64,000 bases of DNA from an uncultured Chloroflexia bacterium (GTDB lineage Bacteria > Chloroflexota > Limnocylindria > Limnocylindrales > CSP1-4), in assembly GCA_963819655.1 (NCBI GenBank), contig CAWFXA010000002.1, forward strand, positions 1,120,001 to 1,184,000, read 5' to 3'. A program made the position numbers and the translations under genes. Position 1 is the stretch's first letter, and each line of letters begins with the position of its first letter. Shown here piece by piece: positions 10,321-19,412 of this stretch. The notes under the pieces were generated by a model. The model searched no databases. It saw nothing but the letters and a program-made list of their open reading frames with translations, and was not told the DNA's origin.

Positions 10321-11952
10321 GTGACGGCCTTCGACCTGCTCATCCGCGGCGGCACCGTCGTCGACGGCACGGGCGCCCCGCGTCGACCCGCCGACGTCGG
10401 CGTGCTCGGCGATCGGATCCTTGCCGTCGGAGATCTGACCGGCGTCGACGGGAACAGCACGGCGACCGTGATCGATGCGATCGGGCGCGTGGTGACGCCC
10501 GGGTTCATCGACCCGCATGGTCATTCCGACGGGTCGCTCTTCCTCGACGGGGCGCTGTCGAGCCATCTCCGCCAGGGATTCACCACTCAACTGTCGGGCA
10601 ATTGCGGCGAATTGCTCGCGCCGATCACCGACGCCGGGCGCGAGGTCGTCGAGCTCGCGCTGCGACCCAACGAGCTCGTCGCGCGGTGGCGCACCTTCGG
10701 CGAGTTCCTCGACGCGGTCGATGAGGAACAGCTGGGCCCGAACGTCGCGTTCCTGGTCGGTCACGGCACGGTCCGGGCGGCAGTCATGGGATCGGAGGGA
10801 CGCCTGGCCACCGACCTCGAGCGCCACGCGATGGTCCGCGAGGTGGACGCGGCGATGGAATCCGGGGCCATCGGCCTGTCATCGGGGCTGATCTACGCGC
10901 CGGGGATGCATGCGGACGTCGAGGAGCTGCGGGCCGTCGCCACTGCGGCCGCACGCCGCGGGGGACTCTATGCCAGCCACATGCGCAACGAGGCCGACGG
11001 CTTGTTCGGGGCCCTCGATGAAGCGGTCTCGACGATCCGTGCCGCGGCCGATGCCGGGGTCGACAGCCCCCGACTCCAGGTCTCGCACCTCAAGTGTGCG
11101 TCGCGCCCTGTCCACGGCCGCGCCGCGGAGGCGGTCGGGGTGCTGGACGCGGCACGATCCGATGGCGTGGCCGTCGGCGCCGACCAGTATCCGTACACGG
11201 CGGCCGCGACGACCCTGACGACCGTCCTGCCGCCCGCGCTGCTCGGCCTCGGGATGGAGGCGTGTGTCGCCGCGCTGAGCGACCCCGACGTCCGGGGCCG
11301 GGTCAAGTCCGAGATCGACCGCGGCATCTCCGGTTGGGAGGACATCGGGCGGGACCCGGGTTGGAAAGGGATCCGGATCTCGTACTCCGCGAGCCACCCC
11401 GACTGGTCGGGCCGATCGCTCGCCGACCTCGCGGACGAGTTCGACGCGGATCCGGCGGATCTCGCGTTCGACGCGCTCGTGGACGACCGGCTCGACGTCT
11501 CGATCGTCATCGACTGCATGACTCCCGAAGATGTCGAGACCATCCTCGGCGTGTCCTGGATCGCCGTGTGCACCGACGCGTCCAGCCGGAGGCCGGGCCA
11601 CCCGGTGCTCGATGTGGGCCGACCCCATCCGCGGACCTACGGCACCACCGCACGCGTTCTGGGCACCTACGTCCGCGAGCGCGGGACCCTCGCGCTGGAG
11701 ACCGCGGTCGAGAAGCTCACGTCGGTGCCGGCCGCCCAGATCGGCCTGCGCGATCGCGGCGTGCTCCGCGAAGGAGCCTACGCAGACCTCGTGGTGTTCG
11801 ATGCGGCGACCGTCGCCGACGTCGCCACCTACCAGGATCCGGCGCGATACCCGGTCGGGATCGAGCATGTGATCGTGAATGGACGTCCCGCGATCACCGA
11901 CGGAGCTGAGACCGGCGAGCGGCCGGGTCGACTCTTGCGGCGGGGCGTGTGA
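10321..11952 (+). CDS. N-acyl-D-amino-acid deacylase (amidohydrolase family)
   Basis: FDLLIRGGTVVDGTG, PGFIDPHGHSD, GNCG, HMRNE, SHLK, DQYPY, HPRTYGT, RGVLREGAYADLVVFD; GTG start at 10321 chosen. Confidence 0.9.
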   Translation: MTAFDLLIRGGTVVDGTGAPRRPADVGVLGDRILAVGDLTGVDGNSTATVIDAIGRVVTPGFIDPHGHSDGSLFLDGALSSHLRQGFTTQLSGNCGELLAPITDAGREVVELALRPNELVARWRTFGEFLDAVDEEQLGPNVAFLVGHGTVRAAVMGSEGRLATDLERHAMVREVDAAMESGAIGLSSGLIYAPGMHADVEELRAVATAAARRGGLYASHMRNEADGLFGALDEAVSTIRAAADAGVDSPRLQVSHLKCASRPVHGRAAEAVGVLDAARSDGVAVGADQYPYTAAATTLTTVLPPALLGLGMEACVAALSDPDVRGRVKSEIDRGISGWEDIGRDPGWKGIRISYSASHPDWSGRSLADLADEFDADPADLAFDALVDDRLDVSIVIDCMTPEDVETILGVSWIAVCTDASSRRPGHPVLDVGRPHPRTYGTTARVLGTYVRERGTLALETAVEKLTSVPAAQIGLRDRGVLREGAYADLVVFDAATVADVATYQDPARYPVGIEHVIVNGRPAITDGAETGERPGRLLRRGV

Positions 11953-12734
11953 CCCGACCCGGCCGAGGCGGTGCCATGGAGGCCCCGGCCATCGCGGATC
12001 TGCCCGGCGGCCCGCTCCCCTACACGCTCCGCCACTCGCCGCGGGCGCGCAGCGTGCGGGTGGTGATCCACCCCGATCGCGGGGTCGTCGTCACGCTTCC
12101 GGCGACGCGGTCGGCGACGCGCGACAGTGAACGCCATGCGACCGCGTTCCTGGCCGAGCGTGAGGCGTGGCTCCGGCGTCACCTCGCCCGTCAGGCGCAG
12201 GTCGATGCGACGCTCGCGTCGCGGGGCGGAGCGAAGGACGGAGGCGCGGTCCCGTTCCGCGGCCGGCTCCATCGGGTCCGGGTCGTTCCCGCAGTGTCCG
12301 GGATCCGCAGGTCGGACGTCATCAGGTTCGACGATGAGCTGGTCATCCACCGCGTCGCCGCGGACCGGCGAACTGACTCCAGGATCCTCGAGGCGTGGCT
12401 GCGGCACGAGGCGCGCGGCGAGATCGAGGCCGCTGTCGTCCTGCACGCGGCTGCGCTCGACGTCCGGCCGGCCAGCATCACCTTGCGTGACCCGCGGACC
12501 CGCTGGGGGAGTGCCTCGCGATCGGGCCGACTGTCGTTCTCGTGGCGCCTCGTCCTGGCGCCTGCCGAGGCCCTCGAGACCGTCGTCTGCCACGAGCTGG
12601 CACACCTCCGTGTCTTCGGGCACGGTCCGCGGTTCTGGTCCCTGGTCGCGTCGCGCCGACCCGATCATCAGACCTGGCGCCGCTGGCTCCACGACCACGC
12701 GACCGAGCTCCACCGAGCCCTGGCGGCCGATTAG
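11949..12734 (+). CDS. YgjP-like / M48-related metal-dependent hydrolase
   Basis: RTRWGSAS, LSFSWRL, VVCHELAHL, HGPRFW. Confidence 0.88.
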   Translation: MTRPGRGGAMEAPAIADLPGGPLPYTLRHSPRARSVRVVIHPDRGVVVTLPATRSATRDSERHATAFLAEREAWLRRHLARQAQVDATLASRGGAKDGGAVPFRGRLHRVRVVPAVSGIRRSDVIRFDDELVIHRVAADRRTDSRILEAWLRHEARGEIEAAVVLHAAALDVRPASITLRDPRTRWGSASRSGRLSFSWRLVLAPAEALETVVCHELAHLRVFGHGPRFWSLVASRRPDHQTWRRWLHDHATELHRALAAD

Positions 12735-13465
12735 TTCGGCAGTCCCAGCGCGGGATCGCCGATGACCGTCACCGCCGAGCCGGTCCAGCGCAGCGGGTCC
12801 ACCTCGAGCTCGTCATGCGCGCCGTCGGCGATCGCCTCCCAGAGATCGAACGCAAGGTCGTCGTCGACGTCGTCGGGCAGGACCAGGAGCGTGTTGCGAA
12901 CCGGCGTGAGCAGCAGCCGCGGTTCGGAGCCGATGATCGGCTGGAGCAACTCCGGCGCCAGGATGAGGGACGACCCCCAGCCCTGGCCCTGGACCGCCAT
13001 GACCTCGATGCCATCGAGTGGGACCCGATCGACCACCGGTGGCTCTGCCTTGACCAGGGCGCCGAGGTTCTCCAACGCGGTGCCGAGCAGAGTCGCGTGG
13101 TCGATGTGCCAACTGTCCAGCAACCTCTGGCTGACATGGGAGAACGCGGGACCGAAGTCGATCCCGAAGCCCGTCCAGACGCCTGGCGGCACACGGATGT
13201 GGAGGGGCGCAGCCTCGGGCGGGTAGGGATGGTGACGCCGCTTCAGCACCGGCAGGATCTTCGGCGCGACGCTCGCCCACGGACCCGTCGGGTCGAAGCC
13301 GCGGAATGCCGCCAGGATCTGCTCCGCGAGGGCGGGCTCCATGGTCCCGCCGAGCGGGTGGATCTCGATCCCGTTAGCCGTGCGAGCGCGGCGTCCCGAA
13401 TTCCGGTGCGCCCGCCGCTCGGCCTTCGCCGCCTTCCGGTTTTTGAGTCCCTTCATGGCGGGCAT
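12731..13465 (-). CDS. Hypothetical protein (possibly DUF1444-like)
   Basis: Globular-looking ORF converging on the ygjP-like gene; LDSWHIDHATLLGTALENL and LLTPVRNTLLV segments; start uncertain. Confidence 0.55.
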   Translation of the reverse strand: MPAMKGLKNRKAAKAERRAHRNSGRRARTANGIEIHPLGGTMEPALAEQILAAFRGFDPTGPWASVAPKILPVLKRRHHPYPPEAAPLHIRVPPGVWTGFGIDFGPAFSHVSQRLLDSWHIDHATLLGTALENLGALVKAEPPVVDRVPLDGIEVMAVQGQGWGSSLILAPELLQPIIGSEPRLLLTPVRNTLLVLPDDVDDDLAFDLWEAIADGAHDELEVDPLRWTGSAVTVIGDPALGLPN

Positions 13466-13572
13466 CCTGGCGAATGACGCTCTCCTGCTGCGTATCCGCA
13501 TCTTCACCCGCACTCACCTGTCGCACGCGGATCGGCTGGGTCGGACGCGCATCCCGTCGGGGCTGGGGTCTT

Positions 13573-13935
13573 TCACCGCGCCAGAAGGACGGCACCGAGG
13601 GCGAGAGCGGCGGGCAGCGCCTGGACGACCAGGATGCGGCGCGACACGGTCAGTCCGCCATACAGGCCGGCGACGATCACGCACCCAAGGAAGAACAGCT
13701 TGAAATACAAGGCGCTGGGCTCGGGGAGGATCAGGCTCAGGCCGAGACCGGCCGCCAGAAAGCCGTTGTACAGGCCCTGGTTCGCCGCGAGCGTGGCCAT
13801 CGTCTCCGCCTGGTCGGGCGTCATCCCGAACGCCCGCAGCCCGCGCGGCGATCGCCAGAGGAACATCTCGAGAACGAGGATGTACGCGTGGATCAGGGCG
13901 ACGAGCGCGACGAGTCCCGCGGCGACGATCGACAC
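13573..13935 (-). CDS. DUF1304-family membrane protein
   Basis: LIHAYILVLEMFLW, ANQGLYNGFLAAGL, VAGLYG, ILVVQALPA. Confidence 0.88.
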   Translation of the reverse strand: MSIVAAGLVALVALIHAYILVLEMFLWRSPRGLRAFGMTPDQAETMATLAANQGLYNGFLAAGLGLSLILPEPSALYFKLFFLGCVIVAGLYGGLTVSRRILVVQALPAALALGAVLLAR

Positions 13936-13974
13936 CGGGCCCTCCGATCCGTGACCGCGGATCGTGACATCGGG

Positions 13975-14050
13975 TGGTGGAGATGAGGGGACTCGAACCC
14001 CTGACCCCCGCGATGCGAACGCGGTGCTCTTCCAGCTGAGCTACATCCCC
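13975..14050 (-). tRNA. tRNA-Ala(CGC)
   Basis: GGGGATGTAGCTCAGCTGGAAGAGCACCGCGTT-CGC-ATCGCGGGGGTCAGGGGTTCGAGTCCCCTCATCTCCACCA; G3:U70, encoded CCA. Confidence 0.97.
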
Positions 14051-14158
14051 ACGGGCGTCGGAGTGTAGCACGCGACCCCTCGCCGACCGCCCTCTGACGA
14101 CCGTCCCGGGGCGCGGGACTGGGGTCCCTATCGTGCAACCCGACTCTAGGCTCCGCCG

Positions 14159-15067
14159 ATGCCCGTCGGCCTCCTGAGCGGTCTCGGCGCTGCCATCTGC
14201 TGGGGCACGCTCGACCTCTTTTCCGCGCTCGCGAGTCGACGCGTCGGCAGCCTCCGGGTCACGACCGGGATGCAGCTCGTCGGCGCGGCATTCATCTGGC
14301 TCGCTGCCCTCGCGACCGGCACGACCCTGCCGTCTGACCCGTTCGTGCTGGTCGGCGGCGCCCTCGTCGGGCTGGCCGGCGCCGGCGCCTACCTGTCCTA
14401 TTTCACCGGCCTGCGCATCGGGCCGATCGCGGTGGTCAGCGGCATGGTCGCCGCGTACGGCGGGCTCACGGTCGTGCTCGCCGTCGTGATCCGCGGCGAG
14501 ACGCTGACACCGTTGCAGGCCGTGGGCGCCTTGGTCGCGACACTCGGCGTCGTTCTCACCGGGATCTCCTTCGACCAGGGTCTGCGCGGTACGCGTTTCG
14601 CGAGTCCTGGCGTCGTCTTCGCGGTGGTCGCCCTGATCCTGTTCGCGACGATGTCGATCGGCAGCGACATCGTCATCGACCGCGCGCCGTGGCTCGAGGT
14701 GCTCCTGGTGGCACGGACGGCGAACGCGGTCGTCTCGGTCATCGTGCTCGTGGTGGCATTCACGGCGCTCCGCGCCATATCCGCCCCGATGATCGAGGGT
14801 GCCGAGGGGGACGACGGGGGCGGCCGCATGGACAGACGCGTGCTTGGCGCGATCGTCCTGTCGGGCGTGCTCGACGTTCTCGGGCTGATGTCGTTCGCCT
14901 ACGGCCTCGAGCATGCCGAGACATGGCTGGTCGGCCTGGCCTCGTCGTTCGGGCCGGCCGTCACGATCGTCGTCGCGGTCGCTCTGCTCGGTGAACGGCT
15001 CCGACCCATCCAGTGGGTCGGCCTGGGCGGGATCCTGTGCGGGATGATCGCGATCGGCTTGCCCTAG
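14159..15067 (+). CDS. EamA/DMT-family transporter
   Basis: About 10 hydrophobic segments with duplicated halves ending VIRGETLTPLQAVG and LLGERLRPIQWVG. Confidence 0.9.
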   Translation: MPVGLLSGLGAAICWGTLDLFSALASRRVGSLRVTTGMQLVGAAFIWLAALATGTTLPSDPFVLVGGALVGLAGAGAYLSYFTGLRIGPIAVVSGMVAAYGGLTVVLAVVIRGETLTPLQAVGALVATLGVVLTGISFDQGLRGTRFASPGVVFAVVALILFATMSIGSDIVIDRAPWLEVLLVARTANAVVSVIVLVVAFTALRAISAPMIEGAEGDDGGGRMDRRVLGAIVLSGVLDVLGLMSFAYGLEHAETWLVGLASSFGPAVTIVVAVALLGERLRPIQWVGLGGILCGMIAIGLP

Positions 15068-15615
15068 CCCGCGTCGGTGTCGCTCTTCTCGGGCGGGGCG
15101 TGATGGACGGTGCCCGGGAATGCGCGCATCAGGATCCGCAACAGGCGGTGCAGCTCCTCACGGTCCCTGGCGCTCAGCACAGACGCGAACTTCGCTTCGC
15201 GCGCGGCCTGCGTCCCCACGGTCCGGTCCCAGATCTCGTGACCGGCCTCCGTCGGCTCGACGAGCGTTCCCCGCCGGTCGTGCGGATCGGGCAGGCGGCG
15301 AACGAGCCCCGCCGCCTCCATCCGGTCGAGCCGGTTGGTCATCGCCCCGCTGGAGAGCCCCATGTGCTCGGCCAGCTGTCCGGCCGAGTGCCGGTAGGGC
15401 GGCCCGACCTTCCGCAGCTTCCCGAGCACATGGAAGGACCGGCGGTCGAGGCCTGATGCGACAAGCGTCTCGTCGAGCGATCGATCGAACGCCTTGGCCA
15501 GCTTCTGGATCCGCTCGACGATCCCTTCGGTGACGGGATCGAGGTTTGGGATCTCCCGGGCCCACACCTCGAGCATCGTGTCGAGGTCGTCGAGCTCCTC
15601 CGTTTTCGTCGTCAT
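15064..15615 (-). CDS. MarR-family regulator, UrtR (PecS/TamR/HucR)-like
   Basis: Extra N-terminal helix with Trp (LEVWAREIPNLD); LSSGAMTNRLDRME, RRLPDPHDRRG. Confidence 0.9.
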   Translation of the reverse strand: MTTKTEELDDLDTMLEVWAREIPNLDPVTEGIVERIQKLAKAFDRSLDETLVASGLDRRSFHVLGKLRKVGPPYRHSAGQLAEHMGLSSGAMTNRLDRMEAAGLVRRLPDPHDRRGTLVEPTEAGHEIWDRTVGTQAAREAKFASVLSARDREELHRLLRILMRAFPGTVHHAPPEKSDTDAG

Positions 15616-15639
15616 GGAGGGATACTCCGCCCAAAGTCG

Positions 15640-15755
15640 TTCGATGTCAAGAGATTTAACATCAAGACTCTTGACATGAAGGCATCAGCGTCGGTAGCCT
15701 TTCGGCATGGTAGTTCGATATCAAGAGATTTCATATCGAGAGGATCGATATCGAG
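15640..15755. promoter_or_regulatory. Array of six palindromic MarR operator-like sites
   Basis: 12-mers TTCGATGTCAAG (15640), TTTAACATCAAG (15655), CTTGACATGAAG (15670), TTCGATATCAAG (15714), TTTCATATCGAG (15729), ATCGATATCGAG (15744); 15-bp period within each triplet. Confidence 0.75.
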
Positions 15756-15770
15756 GGAACGGAGGACACC

Positions 15771-15989
15771 GTGACTGACCGCCGATACGCCGCGACCCCG
15801 TGGGAGGTCGAGGCCGAGCGACGCCGCGAGGTCATCGAGGCAGACGCGCGGCATCCCTCGACAACGACCGAACCAGGGCGCTCATCGTTCGTGGCCGCTC
15901 GAGGACGCCGACTCCTTCGATCGATCCAGGGCGGTTCGCTCGACGAGGCGCCGGGTCAGGCCGGCAGGCTGAACCAGAAGCGCGTCTGA
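15771..15989 (+). CDS. Small hypothetical protein (72 aa)
   Basis: GTG start preceded by strong GGAGGA; divergent from marR, directly behind the operator array. Confidence 0.55.
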   Translation: MTDRRYAATPWEVEAERRREVIEADARHPSTTTEPGRSSFVAARGRRLLRSIQGGSLDEAPGQAGRLNQKRV

Positions 15990-17020
15990 CCGTCGCGCGA
16001 CTCGGCCCCGACCCGACCGCCGCCCTGCTCCACGATCTGCTTCACGATCGCGAGACCGATGCCGGCGCCGCCGCGCCCACGATCGCGCGACTTCTCGACC
16101 CGGTAGAACCGTTCGAACACGTGGTCGAGATCCTCGGCCGGGATGCCGTCGCCCGTGTTCGAGATCGACACGAGCACGTCGTCGGGTCGTCGCTCGGCAC
16201 GCACGCGGACGACGCCTCCCGCGGGCGTGTAGCGGACCGCGTTCGACAGCAGATTCGCCAGGACCTGCGCCAGTCGATCGGGGTCCGCACGCGCCGGCAG
16301 GGATGACGGGACATCGATGTCCAGGCGCAGGTCGGCGCGCTCCAGCGCGGGGGCGGCAAGGTCCAGCGCCGACCGGACGGCCGCTGCCAGGTCGAGCTCG
16401 ACCGACTCGGGCAGGCCGGTCGCGGCATCTCCTTCCGCGAGCGCGTCGAGCGAGCGCGACAGCCGGACGAGTCGATCGGCTTCCTCGTGGAGCAATTCGT
16501 AGGTCGCCCGATCGGCCGTGATGACACCGTCGCGCAGCGCCTCGAGATAGCCCTGCAGGTTCGTCAGCGGGGTGCGCAGCTCGTGCGCCGCGTTCGCGAT
16601 GAAGTCGCGGCGCATCGCCTCCTGACGTTCCAGCGAGGCGGCCATCTGGTTGAATGAATCGGCGAGGCTCGCCAGCTCCTCCGGTCCATCGCGCGGGACG
16701 CGAGCGGCGTAGTCGCCATCGGCGATCCGCCGCGCCGCCTCGCCGATCTCCGCGAGGGGTCGCGCGAGCATCCTGGCCAGGACGATCGCGAGCACGACGC
16801 TCGCGAGGACCGCGACGATCGATGCCGCGACGACCACGGTCGTGACCGAATCGGCGTACATGTCGCGGGCGTGCTCTGCCGAATCGCCGAGCTCGGTCAT
16901 CAGGGCCGTGAAGACCTCGGCGCCGACGACGGCGACGCCGATCACGAGGATCAGGAGGCCGACCGCCGCACTGGCGATCGCCGCAAGCGCGATCCGCGCC
17001 GCGATGCCGCGCGCGATCAC
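15956..17020 (-). CDS. Sensor histidine kinase (BaeS-like; HAMP, HisKA, HATPase)
   Basis: FIANAAHELRTPL, RLAQVLANLLSNAVRY, GDGIP, FERFYRVEKSR, GAGIGLAI; two N-terminal TM segments. Confidence 0.93.
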   Translation of the reverse strand: MIARGIAARIALAAIASAAVGLLILVIGVAVVGAEVFTALMTELGDSAEHARDMYADSVTTVVVAASIVAVLASVVLAIVLARMLARPLAEIGEAARRIADGDYAARVPRDGPEELASLADSFNQMAASLERQEAMRRDFIANAAHELRTPLTNLQGYLEALRDGVITADRATYELLHEEADRLVRLSRSLDALAEGDAATGLPESVELDLAAAVRSALDLAAPALERADLRLDIDVPSSLPARADPDRLAQVLANLLSNAVRYTPAGGVVRVRAERRPDDVLVSISNTGDGIPAEDLDHVFERFYRVEKSRDRGRGGAGIGLAIVKQIVEQGGGRVGAESRDGQTRFWFSLPA

Positions 17021-17211
17021 TGGCGAGCCTCGCTGATCAAGGGCGACCATCCCATGTCGCCCTCAGCCACGATGTGTGCCTGTGACACACGATCGGGACG
17101 AACTCCTCGTGATCGATCGCCCAGACGACATGTTTTCCGCACCCTGGGCAGATGGCCATGCTCATCCATCCGAATCGTGTGTCTGACGCTGACACTCCCG
17201 GGCGTGGTCAC
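17017..17211 (-). repeat. Structured ~190-bp palindromic insert between response regulator and kinase (also an open 64-codon frame)
   Basis: Inverted repeat GACACACGATCGG (17084) / CCGAATCGTGTGTC (17170), hairpin AGGGCGAC...GTCGCCCT (17040-17063); GTGA at both ends on the minus strand. Confidence 0.5.
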
Positions 17212-17948
17212 GTCCGGGCCGCCCGGTAGCCGACACCGCGGACCGTCTGCACGTAGCGCGGGGCGTCGGGGTCGTCGTCGAGCTTGTCGCGCAGCCGGCG
17301 GATGTGGACATCGATCGTCCGGTCGAGGATCTCGGCCGCCTCGTGGCCGTAGACCGCGTCGAGCAGCTGGTCGCGCGACAGGACGCGGCCGTCGGCGGCG
17401 AGGATCGCCTCGAGCAGCCTGAACTCGACCCGCGTCAGGTCGATGACCTGGTTACCTCGGCGGACCTCGTGGCGTGCCGGATCGATCGTGAGGTCGCCGT
17501 GGCGGAGGATCGGCGCAGATCGGCCGGTCGTGGTCGCGGCGGTCGCAGTCCGGCGGAGGATCGACTTCACCCGCAGGACCAGCTCGGCGGGGGAGAAGGG
17601 CTTGGGCAGGTAGTCGTCCGCGCCATCCTCGAGGCCGGCGATCCGATCGATGGTCGAGCTGCGAGCGGACAGGACAAGGATCGGCGTTCGGCCGGCCTCC
17701 TCGTCACGTCGGACGGCCCGGATGACGGCCCGGCCGTCCAGTTCGGGGAGCATCAGGTCGAGCACGACGAGCGCGGGAGCGTGTGTCTCGATCGCATCGA
17801 GCGCAGCCGGGCCGTCGGACGCCGTCACGACGCTGAAGCCATCGCGCTCCAGGTAGGTCCGCACGAGCCGGACGATCTTCGCGTCGTCGTCGACGACGAG
17901 GATCGGCGCTTTCGGGATCGCTGGGTCGGAGGTCGGAGTGGTGGGCAT
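17208..17948 (-). CDS. OmpR/PhoB-family response regulator
   Basis: ILVVDDD, VVLDLMLPELDG, GADDYLPKPFS, LTRVEFRLL, RTIDVHIRRLRDKL, QTVRGVGY. Confidence 0.95.
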   Translation of the reverse strand: MPTTPTSDPAIPKAPILVVDDDAKIVRLVRTYLERDGFSVVTASDGPAALDAIETHAPALVVLDLMLPELDGRAVIRAVRRDEEAGRTPILVLSARSSTIDRIAGLEDGADDYLPKPFSPAELVLRVKSILRRTATAATTTGRSAPILRHGDLTIDPARHEVRRGNQVIDLTRVEFRLLEAILAADGRVLSRDQLLDAVYGHEAAEILDRTIDVHIRRLRDKLDDDPDAPRYVQTVRGVGYRAART

Positions 17949-18282
17949 CGCGAGCATCGTAGGACGAGCCTGGGAGTTGGCCGTGTCGATCACGTGACGG
18001 AAGCTCCGGCCTGTCGCGGATTTGCATTCGATACGCAGTCGTCGACAGCCGCTTGCATCAGACGCACGCACTCGTGTGGTGAAGGCCTGCGCGTGTCGGC
18101 CGCGCGGCAACAGACGCCGGGTTGATCGCGATGTTGCCGCCGGAGGGCGTGTCTCCAGGTCTCGCGTGTCGGCGATGCGTCGTCTGATGGCGGACGATCG
18201 ACGTTCGATCCCGGCCTGACATCGAGGTTCGCTCGAATGCTTGCATCGGGCGCAAGTCAGGGGCTAAAGAGGCTTGTCTGTC

Positions 18283-18298
18283 TAGAACATATGTTCTA
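18283..18298. promoter_or_regulatory. LexA (SOS) box upstream of imuA
   Basis: Perfect palindrome TAGAACATATGTTCTA (GAAC-N4-GTTC), between -35-like TTGTCT and -10-like TACTCT. Confidence 0.9.
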
Positions 18299-18311
18299 CT
18301 CTAGGTGTCCG

Positions 18312-19412
18312 ATGTCGACCGGTCGTGGTGATGTGGACGCCGCTGTCGCGGGCCTCCGGGCTCGATGGGGTGCCGCAGCTCCGGGGGTGGTCGGCGCGCT
18401 CGCCTTGGCGGCCGCCCCCGACGAGACGCCCGATGTCCAGCCACTGTACGACCCCCGGCCCGATGACCGCGTCATCCGCACCGGCTTCGCTGCGCTCGAT
18501 GCGATCCTCGGTCCCGGCGGTCTCCCGAGATCGGCCAGCGTCGCGATCCGCGGTACCGGGTCCAGCGGACGGACGACCCTCAGCCTGCGCGTCGCAGCGG
18601 AGGCCCAGGCGCAAGGCTCGGTCGTGGCCTGGCTCGACCTGTCGCGCAGCTTCGACCCGGTCGAGGCGGTCTCGCGCGGGGTCCGCCTCGAGTGGCTCGT
18701 GGTCATCACGCCGGCCAGCCTCGACGAGGGCCTGTCGATCGCCGGGAGCCTTCTCGCCGGCCGGTCGGTCGACCTCTTGGTCCTCGATCTGCCCGGCGGC
18801 CGGCTGGCCAGGACCGACAAGCCATCGAAGATCGCCGACCGGCTCCATCGACTCGCGGCGCTCGCTCGTCGCGCGGAGACCCTGCTGCTGATCCTCGATG
18901 CGCCCAGCCACGAGGGTATGTCTGCAGGCGGCCTTGCGACCGCGGTCGACCAGGCGACCGGGATTCGGCTCGAGCTGGCTCGGCGGTCGTGGGTCCGGCT
19001 CGGCCGCGACGTCGTCGGCCAGCGCACCGAGGCGCTCGTCGCGCACAACCGCCACGGTCCGCCGGGGCGTCGGGCGACCCTCCGGATCCTCTACGCCGAG
19101 GGCGGCGAGCGGGACGCGTGTCTCGCCCGGGACGCCCTGCTGATCGATCAGGCCCCCGCCAGGCTTGAACCAACCCCCGTTCACGAGGCCCCCGATCGCG
19201 AGATCAACCATGCGACGCCTCCACCTGTTCCTGCCGCACCTGCCGCTCCACCTGGCCACGGCCCGCCACTCCGAGCCCTTCCCGACCGGCCCGCTCGTGC
19301 TGGGCGGTCGACCGTGGGACCCGGGTCCGGTCATCGACGCCGACCAGACCGCCCGGACGCTCGGCGTCCGGCGCGGGATGCCGCTCGGGAGCGCACATCG
19401 ACTCGTCCCTGA
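18312..19412 (+). CDS. imuA: ImuA-like RecA-fold protein
   Basis: IRTGFAALDAILGPGGLP, degenerate Walker A GTGSSGRTT, VAWLD, VDLLVLD; SOS box upstream, imuB downstream; C-terminal extent uncertain. Confidence 0.8.
   Translation: MSTGRGDVDAAVAGLRARWGAAAPGVVGALALAAAPDETPDVQPLYDPRPDDRVIRTGFAALDAILGPGGLPRSASVAIRGTGSSGRTTLSLRVAAEAQAQGSVVAWLDLSRSFDPVEAVSRGVRLEWLVVITPASLDEGLSIAGSLLAGRSVDLLVLDLPGGRLARTDKPSKIADRLHRLAALARRAETLLLILDAPSHEGMSAGGLATAVDQATGIRLELARRSWVRLGRDVVGQRTEALVAHNRHGPPGRRATLRILYAEGGERDACLARDALLIDQAPARLEPTPVHEAPDREINHATPPPVPAAPAAPPGHGPPLRALPDRPARAGRSTVGPGSGHRRRPDRPDARRPARDAARERTSTRP

Noticed and set aside
8183-13974. Genomic island bounded by two tRNA-Ala genes
   Set aside because: Both are complete tRNAs with different anticodons; no integrase, partial att duplication or obvious compositional shift
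18058-18255. Small ORF divergent from imuA
   Set aside because: No RBS, motif or hydrophobic segment to support it
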